DNA from: Chiloscyllium plagiosum
Taxonomy: Eukaryota
Length of the DNA stretch: 30,889 bases
Assembly (NCBI RefSeq): GCF_004010195.1
Contig: NW_025215381.1
Coordinates: forward strand, 439,003 to 469,891
Reading direction: 5' to 3'
Shown piece by piece: positions 11,250-23,142 of this stretch; within the stretch, counting starts at the first letter, position 1, and each line of letters starts with the position of its first letter. The notes beneath the pieces are model-generated. The model made no database searches. It had not been told where the DNA came from and saw nothing but the letters and a program-made list of their open reading frames with translations. Both the position numbers and the translations under genes were made by a program.

Positions 11250-12475
11250 AAATAAAAGTTAGCTTTAGAGGGATGGCAGTGAAGGCAGTGCAATGTTCCT
11301 CCTGCAACATGTATGAGGTGAGGGATGCCATCGACGTCCCTGCCGATTACACTTGCAGGAAGTGCACCCATCTCCAGCTCCTCCAAGACCGTGTTAGGGA
11401 ACTGGAGCTGGAGTTGGATGAACTTCGGATCATTCGGGAGGCAGAGGGGGTCATAGATCAGAGTTATAGGGAAGTAGTAACTCCAAAGATGGCAGATAGA
11501 TGGGTGACACTAAGGGGGACTGGGAGGAAGCAGCCAGTGCAGGGACCCACTGCGGCCGTTCCCCTCAAGAACAAGTATACCGTTTTGGATACTTGTGGGG
11601 GGGATGACTTACCAGGGGTAAGTAACGGGGCTCAGGTCTCTGGCACGGAGCCTGTCCCCGTTACTCAGAAGGGAAGGGCGAAGAAGAGCAGAGCAGTAGT
11701 AATTGGGGACTCGATAGTTAGGGGCACAAATAGGCGGTTTTGTGGGAACGAGAGAGACTCACGATTGGTATGTTGCCTCCCAGGTGCAAGGGTACGTGAT
11801 GTCACTGATCGTGTTTTCCGGGTCCTGGAGGGGGAGGGGGAGCAACCCGAAGTCGTGGTCCACATTGCCACCAACGACATAGGTAGGAGGAGTGCTGAGG
11901 ATGTTAGACAAGCTTTCAGGGAGCTAGGTTGGAAGCTCAGAGTTAGAACGAACAGAGTTGTTGTCTCTGGTTTGTTACCCGTGCCACGTGATAGAGATTC
12001 AAGGAATAGGGAAAGAGAACACTTAAATGCGTGGCTACAGGGATGGTGCAGGAGGGAGGGATCCCGGTTTTTGGATAACTGGGGTTCTTTCTGGGGAAGG
12101 TGGGACCTCTATAAACAGGATGGTCTACACCTGAACCTAAGGGGCACCAGTATCCTTGTTGGGAGGTTTGCTAGTGCTCTTGGGGGGAGTTTAAACTAAC
12201 TCTGCAGGGGCATGGAAACCCAGATTGTAGCTTCAGGGTGCAGGACCTGGAGTGTAGGGAGGTTAGGAACATGGCATAAATTTCCAAGGAGGGTGTCTGT
12301 AAACAGGAAAGTGGCTTGAAGTGTGTATACTTCAATGCAAGAAGTATACGAAATAAGGTAGGTGAACTTGCAGCGTGGGTAGGTACCTGGGACTTCGATG
12401 TTGTGGCTATTACGGAGACATGACTAGAACAGGGACAGGATTGGCTGTTACAGGTTCCAGGGTTTAAATGTTTTA
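11250..12475 (+). mobile_element. CR1 LINE 5' portion (ORF1 plus start of the ORF2 endonuclease), 3'-truncated
   Basis: ORF1 is followed by LKCVYFNARSIRNKVGEL...DVVAITET*, the APE-endonuclease N-terminus, with in-frame stops at 12277 and 12421. Similarity ends near 12475. Confidence 0.85.
11273..12199 (+). CDS. CR1 LINE ORF1 protein (zinc finger, leucine-zipper-like coiled coil, SGNH/GDSL esterase), uninterrupted 308 aa
   Basis: CSSC...CRKC, LQLLQDRVRELELELDELR, esterase blocks VIGDSIVR, HIATND and DGLHLN. Confidence 0.88.
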   Translation: MAVKAVQCSSCNMYEVRDAIDVPADYTCRKCTHLQLLQDRVRELELELDELRIIREAEGVIDQSYREVVTPKMADRWVTLRGTGRKQPVQGPTAAVPLKNKYTVLDTCGGDDLPGVSNGAQVSGTEPVPVTQKGRAKKSRAVVIGDSIVRGTNRRFCGNERDSRLVCCLPGARVRDVTDRVFRVLEGEGEQPEVVVHIATNDIGRRSAEDVRQAFRELGWKLRVRTNRVVVSGLLPVPRDRDSRNREREHLNAWLQGWCRREGSRFLDNWGSFWGRWDLYKQDGLHLNLRGTSILVGRFASALGGSLN

Positions 12476-12871
12476 CCTTCTTGTTGTCATTTGTTGAAAT
12501 AGAGTTTTCCAAGTTTAGATTTTATTCCATGAGATTTATTGTTTGTTGAGGTTTCTGCACAGCCTCCTACCTGCAAAATGTAGGCTTCACTTGATTCTGA
12601 GAGTTGGTTAGTTCCAAAGAAGCATAATCAACACAGGCCAGTGGAGAGAATCTCATAAGCAATGGCAAAAGTGATTGCTTCCTTCAGAGGCTTGGCTACT
12701 TCCTGTTTTCATACTCTGTCTATGATCAAGTAACAGTCTGTCATCAAACACCGAGAGAGGACTAATCCCATTGACATCAGCATGACTGCTATAGACAGGA
12801 GAACTATATATACACCCTCAGGTGACAATGAAAGCATACTGTTGAATAAACACCATAGTCTGACCATAGGA

Positions 12872-13005
12872 GCATGAGCCCTTCTTCAGGCTCATGCCCA
12901 AAACGTCGATTCTCCTGCTCCTTGGATGCTGCCTGACCTGCTGCGCTTTTCCAGCAACACATTTTTCAGCTCTGATCTCCAGCATCTGCAGTCCTCACTT
13001 TCTCC
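12872..13005 (+). mobile_element. Short Penelope-like terminal insertion with a small inverted 5' arm
   Basis: gcatgagcccttcttcagg (inverted arm) fused to gctcatgcccaaaacgtcgattctcctgctccttggatgctgcc...cactttctcc. Confidence 0.75.
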
Positions 13006-13710
13006 AAATAGATAGAACTAACAGGTGATGGATCCATGACATTACTGTCATTTAGCTGATGTTTTTAACAGCTGTGATTGTGATTATCTGATATAAGGCC
13101 ATACCCTCAGTCTTCTTTTGACTGAACTGGCAAAGTGTGCCTGTGCCAAATGCCAATATTTCTGTTGTTGACTGTACTTTAGTGAAAGTGACCCCAGGGA
13201 CCAGGTCTGCAATAATTACTCCAGCAAAGAAATCAGTTGATAGGCTGTCCATTTAACAAAATAAAAACAGTATAATTTGGAAATCTCGAATGTGTGAAAA
13301 CTTCTGACTTGCAATGACTTAAGTGTAGTTCAAATTGTGGTTCATTTTAAAAAGTAATTGTGCCATCTTTTGCCAATTACCAACTAGAAACAGACGTGAG
13401 ACACCAGAAAGCAGTCCTACGTCAGCAAGATGAACTTTTTACATTCTCAGATAAACGTTCAGATCTCAACATCACATAAGTCTCATGAAAGAATAATGAG
13501 TTAAAACATGGAGCTGTAAGGAATACTATCTGAAAATGAAGGTACTGGTGGTAGTGGAGTTCTGTTTTAAAGGAGAGAAGATGAATCAGGCCAATATGGA
13601 TGACATGGAAATGCTGCTGTTTCTTCCAGAAGTGAGGGAAATGTCAGGCAGAATCTCAAAGGGCACAGAGGACAGAATGTTACATTCCTAGAGTGCTGCT
13701 TGGCATGTGG

Positions 13711-13841
13711 CTGGGAATCCTGATGAAGGGCTTATGCCCGAAATGTCAATTCTCCCACTCCTCGGATGCTGCCTGACCTGTGCTTTTCCAACGCCACACT
13801 CTTGACTCTGATCTCCAGCATCATCAGTCTTCACTTTCTCC
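13711..13841 (+). mobile_element. Penelope-like element terminal fragment
   Basis: cctgatgaagggcttatgcccgaaatgtcaattctcc...gatgctgcctgacc...cactttctcc; same family as the copy at 1469-1631. Confidence 0.75.
13713..13754 (+). ncRNA. Minimal type I hammerhead ribozyme motif (PLE-associated)
   Basis: gggaatc-CTGATGA-a-gggc(ttat)gccc-GAAA-t-GTC-aattctc: both conserved core boxes, a 4-bp stem II, a GUC cleavage triplet and a possible stem I. Two changes are consistent with CpG decay relative to the 1509 copy. Confidence 0.6.
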
Positions 13842-14004
13842 TGGGGAACTCACTGGAGTAAGGGCTGATCCCCATCAACTTTTTTGACATTTAAAACAGG
13901 GTCATTAAATACTTTTAAGGGAAAGGTGGGTAGATTCTTGTTCAGCTGGGATGGAAAGGTGGAATTTAAAACACGAACCGACTGGCACTGACCTAAGCAC
14001 CGGA

Positions 14005-14147
14005 AATGACAACAGCAGACCCAGCCTTGTTCACATTGCAAAGTCCTCCTTACAAATGGGGAGTAAAATTTAGGAAAGCTGTCTCAGAGACTAGTCAAGT
14101 AACAGCCTGACACAGTCATACTCACAGAACAAACCTTACAATGTCCC
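14005..14147 (+). mobile_element. Old LINE (CR1-group) ORF2 5' fragment, cut by the younger CR1
   Basis: Remnant ...agactagtcaag(c/t)aacagcctgacacagtcatactcacagaa, resembling the RLVKQQPDxVILTE endonuclease start. Confidence 0.45.
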
Positions 14148-15245
14148 CATTGGAGGTATGGCATTGAGGGTGAGTTGGAGGTTTGGATTAGGAATTGGCT
14201 GGATGGAAGAAGACAGAGGGTAGTAGTTGATGGCAAATGTTCATCTTGGAGTGCCGTCACTAGCGGTGTTCCGCAAGGATCTGTTTTGGGACCATTGCTG
14301 TTTGTCATTTTTATAAATGACCTGGAAGAGGGGTTAGAAGGTTGGGTGAGCAAGTTTGCGGATGATACGAAAGTCTGAGGAGTTGTTGACAGTGAGGAAG
14401 GATGTGGCAGGTTACAGCGGGATATAGATAAGCTTTAGAACTGGGCAGAAAGGTGGCAAATGTAGTTCAATGTAGCTAAGTGTGAGGTGATTCACTTTGG
14501 GAAGAATAACAAAAAGATGGGGTACTGGGCTAATGGTCGGATACTTGGTAGTGTGGATGAGCAGAGGGATCTTGGTGTCCATGTACACAAATCTTTGAAA
14601 GTTGCCACTCAGGTAAATAGTGCGGTGAGGAAGGCATATGGCGTACTGGCTTTTATTGGTAGAGGGATTGAGTTCCGGAGTCCTGGGGTCATGTTGCAGT
14701 TGTATAAGACTCTGGTGCGGCTGCATCTGGAGTATTGTGTGCAGTTTTTGTCGCCATACTATAGGAAGGATGTGGAGGCACTGGAACGGGTGCAGAGGAG
14801 GTTTACCAGGATGTTGCCTGGTATGGAAGGAAGATCGTATGAGGAAAGACTGAGACACTTGGGGCTGTTTTCATTAGAGAAAAGAAGGTTTAGGGGTGAC
14901 TTGATTGAGGTGTACAAGATGATTAGGGGGTTAGATAGGGTTGACAGTGTGAACCTTTTCCCGCGTATGGAGTCGGGTATTACAAGGGGGCATAGCTTTA
15001 AATTAAGCGGGGGTTGATATAGGACTGAAGTTAGGGGTAGGTTCTTCACTCAGCGAGTCGTAAGTTCATGGAATGCCCTGCCAGTAGCAGTGGTGGACTC
15101 TCCCTCTTTATGGGCATTTAAGCGGGCATTGGATAGGTATATGGAGGATAGTGGGTTAGTATAGGTTAGGTGGGCTTGGATCGGCGCAACATCGAGGGCC
15201 AAAGGGCCTGTACTGCGCTGTATTCTTCTATGTTCTATGTTCTAT
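14148..15245 (+). mobile_element. Young CR1 LINE, 5'-truncated (RT domain to 3' tail)
   Basis: ORFs 14175-14378 ([27 protein letters not shown]) and 14487-15017; few nonsense changes; (ttctatg)3 tail. Confidence 0.92.
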
Positions 15246-15482
15246 GTTGTGCAGTGCTCAGTGTTCTCTGCCCATCAACAATTATCTGCAATTTCTCCAG
15301 ACTCAATCCATTTTCAGCAGTGCCTTGGAGCACTGTCAGGGTATACCTCAATGTATTTTGACCAGAGTCTAGAAATTTTTAGATGATTTTACACAATTAC
15401 AGCTATTGGTAAAAGATTGAATATTTTAGAGCTTTTCACTTTGTGCAAGACTTTGAGGTGACCTTAAGAATAGTGCCAACTT

Positions 15483-15797
15483 GATTAGATTAGATTAGAT
15501 TACAGTGTAGAAACAGGCCCTTCGGCCCAACAAGTCCACACCGACCCCCGAAGCGAAACCCACCCATACCCCTACATTTACCCCTTACCTAACACTACGG
15601 GCAATTTAGTATGGCCAATTCACCTGACCCTGCACATCTTTGTGATGTGGGAGGAAACCGGAGCACCCGGAGGAAACCCACGCAGACACGGGGAGAACGT
15701 GCAAACTCCACACAGTCAGTCGCCTGAGGCGGGAATTGAACCCGGATCTCTGGCGCTGTGAGGCAGCAGTGCTAACCACTGTGCCACCGTGCCGCCC
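15483..15797 (-). mobile_element. Full-length HE1-type V-SINE (tRNA head, V domain, CR1-derived tail)
   Basis: Minus strand has A-box tggcacagtgg, B-box ggttcaattcc, V core gtgtggagtttgcacgttctccccgtgtctgcgtgggtttcctccggg and an (aatct)n tail. Confidence 0.9.
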
Positions 15798-15924
15798 ACG
15801 GTGACAACTTACGAGCCAGATTCCAATTTAGAGGCACTTAAGGACTCTGCAGTATATCGAATATGCAATGGTGCAAATCTGCAAGCAAAAAGCCATAACC
15901 AGCTTAAAATTTTGCTCCTAACTA

Positions 15925-16232
15925 TAGATTAGATTACCGACAGTATGGAAACAGGCCCTTCCGCCCAACAAGTCCACACTGACCCTCCGAAGACCCATTC
16001 CCCTACCCTATATTTACCCCTGACTAATGCACCTCACTTACACATCCCTGAACACTATAGGCAATTTAGCATGGCCAATTCACCGAACCTGCACATCTTT
16101 GACTGTGGGAGGAAACCGGAGCACCTGGAAACCCACACAGACACGGGGAGAATATGCAAACTCCACACAGACAGTGGCCCAAGGTTGGAATCGAATCCAG
16201 GTCTCTGGCGTTGTGAGCCACCGTGCTGCCCC
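15925..16232 (-). mobile_element. HE1-type V-SINE with an internal deletion in the head
   Basis: Colinear with 15483-15797; ends about 40 bp from the donor of exon 16275-16387. Confidence 0.85.
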
Positions 16233-16274
16233 CAAATCTGTTTTCTAAACAGTACTTCAAATCAACCTACTTAC

Positions 16275-16387
16275 TTGTAATTCTGTTGCGTTCCATGGAA
16301 CCAGTCCCAAATATCCGATGGGGGCCAATCAATGGGAGACTCTCTGCCCTTTCCCATCCTGGTTCAATCCTGCGTAGATCTGGATTG
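16275..16387 (-). CDS. MINK1: MINK1 internal coding exon (113 nt, phase 2/1): (S)NPDLRRIEPGWERAESLPLIGPHRIFGTGSMERNRIT
   Basis: Acceptor tttcacttacag|C, donor A|gtaagt. Matches MINK1 SNPDLRRSDPGWER...GSLERNR. Confidence 0.92.
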
Positions 16388-16867
16388 CTGTAAGTGAAAT
16401 AGGACATCCAAGTTAGGAGGCCATTTGACTGACACAATGTCCCATAGCAGCATAACTGGCTCAAGGTTTCACTTTAGTAAATGATTAAACGGTGCACAAA
16501 ACAGCCATTCAGGAAACACATAATACAGAAATGGCAGTTTGCAACTGTACCGTTAGGTTTGAAGTTTTGGGTGCGTCCCTGACAAGAACTTAAAATCCAA
16601 TCAGCCAGCAAATAAAAACAGAGATAAATGCATAACACCTTTCCCAACCTCATTGAACCCCAATATTCTTCACAGTCCAGTTATCAGGTACAACTGAAGT
16701 GCCACCACCAATGTGACAGGAAAAAAACTCAACCAGTTTACACACAAAGGCCCCATAAATAGCAATATACTAACATCCTGGTCATATTTGTCATAAAAAC
16801 ACAGTGGGATCAGTTATAAGTGGGGAGCTGAAGGAGAGAAACGAAAGTTCAGGGTCAAAAAAAAAAA

Positions 16868-17590
16868 CTAGGAGCAACAGTAAGTTGGCCATTCAGGCCT
16901 CTGCTCCATAAAAATAATATGTTTGGGTTCCAAATTCCCTATTACCATTCACCCCAATTGTTTTTTTTTTAAAAAGCTCCCATGCCTAACAAAATTCAAT
17001 AACTCCCACCTCCACCACCTTCTGATACAGAGTTTCAAACTCTCAAACCTCAAAAAAAAATTCTCATCTCTGACCTAAAGGGTTAACCCCTAAGTTTAAA
17101 ACATTGTGCCTTCCCTCTGGACATACACACAGGACTAACAGCCTTTCCACATCCAACTTGTCAGGACCATCTTACATTTCAATCAAATCCCTCCCTAGCT
17201 CTTCTAAATCCTAGCCAACAAGCCCAAGTGTCAAATCTTTACTCATTAGATCTGTTCATTCCAACTATCAATCTAGTAAACCTTCTCTGAACTCCCTCAA
17301 ACACACTGCTTTTGCGAGGAGACTAAAGCTGTTTACAGTATCTGAGATGAGATCATATCAATGCTCTGTGTAACTGGACCATAGCATACATAAGTTTAGA
17401 GTCAATTTCTCTCATAATAAGGAACAACATCTCATTAGCATTCTTGATTCCATGCTGTAGATCATACTAACCTTATGATAGTTATACAGGAGAACACTCG
17501 GATCCCTCTGCACCTTGGAATTCTGCAATTGCTCACTTTTTAAATAATATTACTTTTCCTGCCAAAATGAACAACCTCCTATTTTCCCAT
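16868..17590 (-). mobile_element. Highly degraded CR1 3' portion
   Basis: Remnants colinear with the CR1 at 18733 onward (ggccattcaggcc, ctcatctctgacctaaa, ccttctctgaactccctc, gatccctctgcac). Confidence 0.55.
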
Positions 17591-18732
17591 AATCAATGTA
17601 ATGTGGCATTATCAGATCAACCGTGACCTTACTGACTGGCAGAGCAGACTCAATGGGACAAGTGGGCTACTCCTGCACTCAGTTGTACGTTTGTATAATA
17701 TTGACCAAAGCATTGCTCTCCTTTGGAACATTGGTCAGAAAAGTTTACTGAAAAACAACAATGCTCATGAACTTATTCTAAACATGTGACACATCCACTT
17801 CTTTATCAGTAAAATAAAGGAAGACTTGATCGGCTATTTTACAGGTAGTGAGAATCAGAGAAGAGCCTAGAGGTGAAGGGAATTGCACAGAGCAGCTACG
17901 TAACACCACCCTCAAACTGTTTCCACTCTAGAATCTGCTCCAGGACATGTTGAAGAAACTATGTACTGACAAAGGACGACACTCACAATGCAAGAATACA
18001 GGAATAAGAAAGCTTAGCCAAATCTGAGCAGAGACAGATTTCCTACACTGCGTTTGGGCAAACCAGCTCCCATCTTTTTTCTTTAAAGGCTGACAGCATT
18101 GTGGGTCATGTCAGCATTCATTGTTCCTCCCAAATTGCCATTGAGAATGCTTTAGTGAGCCATGTTGACCATGACAATCCATGGCATTCAAACACATCTG
18201 CTGCCCTCATTTTTCTAGGGGGTAGAGATACAGGTTCGGTAGGTGCTGTTCAAGGAGTCTTGGTGACTTGCTAAAGCACACCTTGTATAAGATGCACAAT
18301 GCTGCCACTGTACGTCAGCAATGGAGGGAGTGAATGCTAACATGCTGGATGGGGTGATCAAACAGGTGAGACTGTGAAGTTACCATTGGTGGGAGAAATT
18401 ACAGAATTTGGATAAAATTCTCCAACAGAAAAATTGTACAAGTGAGCTAAGGTCGAGGTAAGAGGAATATCTCAGACAAGATGGATTTAGTGCGACTTAC
18501 GCAAAGTCAATGAGGTGACACTAAGAGTGATTTGGGTAACGCACAAAGGGTTCTGGCCACTATTGTAGCTATTGGATCATGGTGACTGAACAACTGGAAT
18601 TCTAATCTTATCAAACAAAGCTTCCAGATTTTACTCTTAAAAGTGGCATTTTACAATTCATTCACTTCCTCATGAAGACCATAAATCAGTGGCCTTGAGC
18701 GACACATTAGTTTCATGGCTTGCTGCGTATTT

Positions 18733-20497
18733 CAATAGACAATAGACAAAAGGTGCAGGAGTAGGCCATTCTGCCCTTCGAGCCTGCACCACCATTCAAT
18801 ATGATCATGGCTGATCATCCTTAATCAGTATCCTGTTCCTGCCTTATCTCTATAACCCTTGATTCCACTATTCTTGAGAGCTCTTTCCAACTCTTTCTTA
18901 AATGAATCCAGAGACTGGGCCTCCACTGCCCTCTGGGGCAGAGCATTCCACACAGCCACAACTCTCTGGGTGAAGAAGTTTCTCTTCATCTCTGTCCTAA
19001 ATGGTCTATGCTGTATTTTTAAGCTGTGTCCTCTGGTTCGGGACTCATCCATCAGCGGAAACATGTTTCCTGCCTCCAGAGTGTCCAATCCTTTAATAAT
19101 CTTATGTCTCAATCAGATCCCCTCTCAGTCTTCTAAACTCAAGGGTATACAAACCCAGTCGCTCCAGCCTTTCAGTGTAAGGTAATCCCGCCATTCCAGG
19201 AATTGACCTCATGAACCTACGCTGCACTCCCTCAATAGCCAGAATGTCTTTCCTCAAATTTGAAGACCAGATTTGCACACAGTACTCCAGGTGTGGTCTC
19301 ACCAGGGCCCTGTACAGCTGCAGAAGAACCTCTTTGCTTCTACACTCAATCCCTCTTGTTATGAAGGCCAGCATGCTATTAGCCTTCTTCACTACCTGCT
19401 GTACCTGCATGCTTACCTTCATTGACTGGTGTACAAGAACTCCCAGATCTCTCTGTACTGCCCCTTTACCTAAATTGATTCCATTTAGGTAGTAATCTGC
19501 CTTCCTGTTCTTGCCACCAAAATGGATAACCATACATTTATCCACATTAAACTGCATCTGCCATGGATCTGACCACTCACCTAACCTGTCCAGGTCACCC
19601 GGAAATCTCCTAACATCCTCCTCACATTTCACCCTGCCACCCAACTTAGTTTCATCACAAATTTGCTAATGTTATTACTAATACCATCTTCTATATTATT
19701 AACATATATTGTAAAAAGCTGCGGTCCCAGCACTGATCCCTGCGGTACCCTACTGGTCACTGCCTGCCATTCCGAAATGTGTCGTAATTTCATCCTTTAT
19801 AATAGACTCCAGCATCTTTCCCACCACTGAGGTCNNNNNAGTCTCTCCAACACCAATTCCTGTCAAATATAAATTCCCTTAAGTTCAGGTCCTTCAGCCA
19901 CTATTACCTCAGGGAGATAGCTTGTGTCTTCCCCAGTGAACACAGATCTGAAGTACCAATTCAATTCTTCTGCCATTTCTTTGTTCACTGTAATATATTC
20001 TCCTGTTTCTGACTTCAAGGGTCCAAGTTTAGTCTTAACCATTTTTTTGCCTTTCACATACCTAAAAGAGCTTTTACTATCCTCCTTTATATTTTTGGCC
20101 TGTTTACCTTCGTACCTCATTTCTTCTCTGCGTATTTCCTTCTTAGTAATCCTCTGTTGTTCTTTAAAAGCTTCCCAGTCCTCAGTTTTCCCACTTATCT
20201 TTGCTATGTTATACTTTTTCTCTTTTATATGTTCCTTAACTTCCCTCGTCAGCCACGGCCATCCATGCCTTCTCCTAGGATCTTTCTTCCTTTTTGGAAT
20301 GAACTGATCCTGCATCTTCTGCATTATACACAGAAATATCGCCATTGTTCCTCCACTGTCATCCCTGCTAAGGTATTGCACCACTGAACTTTGGCCAGCT
20401 CCTCCCTCATAGCTCCACTGTTCCCTTTATTCAACAGAACATTGTCACTTCCAATTGTATCCTCCCCCTCTTAAATTGCAGATTGAAGCTTATTGTA
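18733..20497 (-). mobile_element. CR1 LINE ORF2 fragments with 3' tail, spanning a 5-N gap
   Basis: ORFs 19863-20384, 19102-19644 (LYRALVRPHLEYCVQ, RLRGDLIET) and 18825-19112; (tctattg)n tail; Ns at 19835-19839. Confidence 0.9.
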
Positions 20498-20606
20498 TCT
20501 TCTCTGTTTCACTTACGCTTGATTTATCACTAGGTTGTCTGCCCTTTAAACCTGGAGGAATTGAAGAGAACAAGGAGACAAGAGAGTGTTAAATGGTTTT
20601 TATTAC

Positions 20607-20692
20607 CTTGCACGCGGTGCCTGTCCGGGTCGATTTATCAGTGCACTACTGCTGTTCAGTGCTGTAGCTATGGAGGTCGTTCTTTGAGGAAC
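20607..20692 (-). CDS. MINK1: MINK1 internal coding exon (86 nt, phase 0/2): VPQRTTSIATALNSSSALINRPGQAPRA
   Basis: Acceptor ttctttttggctgaag|GTT, donor AG|gtaata. Matches MINK1 VPQRTSSIATALN; the terminal AG joins C of the next exon to give Ser. Confidence 0.92.
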
Positions 20693-20878
20693 CTTCAGCC
20701 AAAAAGAAACAATCTGTTCATGTTTAATTTCAATAGCAAATTTATTCTGAACAAAATATGAAGTTAGGCTGCAAGACTTCATTTTCAAGTCATGCTTCAT
20801 GTATCAATTCCCTATTGGAAGGCCATTGTGACCTGGCATTTGTGGTGAATACTGTTGTATTTAAAAAATAAGCATTGT

Positions 20879-21164
20879 GATTAGATTAGATTACTTACAG
20901 TGTGGAAACAGGCCATTCGGCCCAACAAGTCCACACCGACCCACCGAAGCGTTATCCACCCAGACCCATTCCCCTACATTTACCCCTTCACCTAACACTA
21001 CGGGCAATTTAGTATGGCCAATTCACCTAACCTGCACATTTTTGGATTGTGGGAGGAAACCGGAGCACCCGGAGGAAACCCACGCAGACACGGGGAGAAT
21101 GTGCAAACTCCACACAGACAGTCACCTGAGGCGGGAATTGAACCCGGGTCGCTGGCACGGTGAC
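20879..21164 (-). mobile_element. HE1-type V-SINE lacking the A-box segment
   Basis: Near-identical to 15483-15797 from the tail through the B-box, with about 40 bp of the head deleted. Confidence 0.85.
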
Positions 21165-21544
21165 TTGAACTTCAGGTAAGGACTGTCAGCCATTTGCTCA
21201 TTTAGAGGTCATATCACGCAGGTGAAAATTATTTTAGCTTTATTAACAGTGGCCAATTAATTACGTGCACAAGACACAGGGAATTGAGAGTTTTGTGAGA
21301 TAACCTGCGTAACAGCCCATCTGTTACTGAAGTCAATCTGCAAGATAATTTCAACTACCTTCTGTTAATAATTGGAGTTGCAATTAACACCTTTGTGGAC
21401 AGTGTTAAAACGTTTCATTTAAATACACTCTCTCATCTCACAGAAAGAATTCAAGAGTAGTTGCTGTACAATGAGCAACTCTGGAACACAGTCACTACCA
21501 GTGCCGATATAACGGACAATTGTTTTGATGCAAGTGATTTTTTA

Positions 21545-21827
21545 AAAAATTTATTCATGAGGTGTGGGCATCACTGGCTGGACCAAAACTTATTGCCCAT
21601 CCCTAATTGCCCAGAGGGCAGTTCAGAGTCAATCCCATTGCTGTGGATGTGGAGTCACATGCAGGCTAGACCAGGTAAAGATGGCAGTTTCCTTCCCTAA
21701 AGGACATTAGTGAGCCTGATTAATATTGAATTCAAATGCCATGATTTGATGGGATTTCAACCTGATCCCCAGAATATCACCCGGGTCTCTGGATTAATAA
21801 TCTACCAATAATACCACTAAGTCATTG
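21545..21827 (-). mobile_element. SacSINE1/DeuSINE-like SINE
   Basis: ttattgcccatccctaattgccc tail, central cattgctgtgga...ccaggtaaagatggcagtttccttccctaaaggacattagtga, and a tRNA-like head remnant. Confidence 0.7.
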
Positions 21828-21837
21828 ACATTTTGCA

Positions 21838-21972
21838 AGATGACCATGAAACCGTTGCTGATTGTCAGGAAAACCCATCAGGTTCACTAATGCTCTTTAG
21901 GGAAGGGAACTGCCATCTTTACCTGGTCTCGCCTGCTTGGGACTCCAGGTCCACAGCAATAGGGTTGACTTT
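21838..21972 (+). mobile_element. SacSINE1-like central-domain fragment, inverted relative to the adjacent copy
   Basis: Reverse complement of about 21625-21720 plus the adjoining segment gatgaccatgaaacc. Confidence 0.7.
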
Positions 21973-22764
21973 TTACATCAGGAAAAAAGTAATGAGTTAA
22001 GAGTTAATCATTTTCCTTTGGTTGTGATGGATAAGATTAGAATATTGGTCCATGGCACTCAATGAAATTCCCCCACCGAAGTAACCTCCTCCAAAACTCC
22101 TCTCCGCTGAAAGCTGGATTTCTCTCACTTTGGTTCTTTTATTCACCCCTTATGTTCCTTGACATCAAACTACTTACCTTCAGCCGAGGTCCTAAGCTCC
22201 AGACGTCCCTGTTAAAACTCTCCTCCAAGATGCTCTTTAAAATCTACTTGTTTGAACAAGATGGATACTTGTCACTTGCCTAACTAAAATCTATCATGGT
22301 GTTTCGTCTCCAACAATGCTGCCAAGTAGCAGTAAAGGGTTTCCCTACAGATGAAGCATGACATAAATGCAAGCTGCTGTGACCTCAAAGTTTGTCTACA
22401 CAAGCTGCTCACAAGTTTTAAGACAAAGGTGTTTCAAGAATCAAATCAGTGACTTTAAAATTTCTTAATAAAAATGTGGCACTTCTTAACACTGCAACTC
22501 TCCTATACCGAAGTGCTCGACAACATTTTTAATTCAGGTATTGGATTAACACCAACTCACAACCTTCAGACTCAACGGTGAACATACTAAGCCACTTTAA
22601 GGCTTTATTATCTATTGGCACCATTTAAAAGTGGCTCAGTCACAAGCAAGTCTGAGGCATACAACAGATGCTTCAATCCAAGGCAAAACACTGGGATCAG
22701 TCTCCATTCTGAGATGGCTAAATGGATCATTAGTGTAAACAGCCTTGGATGCAAACAAGCACAA

Positions 22765-23142
22765 ATGCTTTTATTCTATAATGGGGCGGGGACATCACTG
22801 GGGACCAACACTCCTGACTTTTCTCTAACTGAGTGGTTTTCTAGTCCATTTCAGAAGGCAATTGAGAGTCAGCTATATTGCTGTGTGCCCAGAGTCACTT
22901 GTAGGCCAGAACAGGGAAGGACAGCAGATTTCCTTTCCTCAAGGACATTAGTGAACCAGATGGGCTTTTAACAACAACCAGTGCTAGTTTCATAGTCATG
23001 ATGACTGAAGCCAACTTTCAATATCAGATGTGTTTTATTCAAGTTAAATTCCTCCAACTGTTATGGTGGGATTTGAATCCATGACCTCAGGATGTTAGCC
23101 TGGAATACTAGCTCAGTGACATTACCACCACACCAATGTCTC
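22765..23142 (-). mobile_element. Degraded SacSINE1-like SINE
   Basis: gagagtca...cattagtgaaccagatggg...gtgggatttgaatcc...gtgacattaccac, colinear with the other copies. Confidence 0.6.

Noticed and set aside
1..13841. Recurring ~130-bp repeat with a hairpin, considered as a CRISPR-like array
   Set aside because: Copies are dispersed kilobases apart with no regular spacers or cas genes, in a eukaryotic context; they are explained as PLE termini.
11250..15245. ORF1 piece and the 14148-15245 RT piece as one full-length CR1
   Set aside because: They are separated by about 1.7 kb of unrelated sequence, with most of ORF2 absent and no shared TSD found.
15725..15797. tRNA gene
   Set aside because: The A and B boxes are the head of a V-SINE and continue into the V domain and a CR1-like tail.
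15473..15810. 10-bp TSD gtgccaactt / gtgacaactt around the V-SINE
   Set aside because: cacggtgac also follows the SINE at 21156, so part of the match is probably element sequence; at most a 5-bp aactt remains, which is weak evidence.
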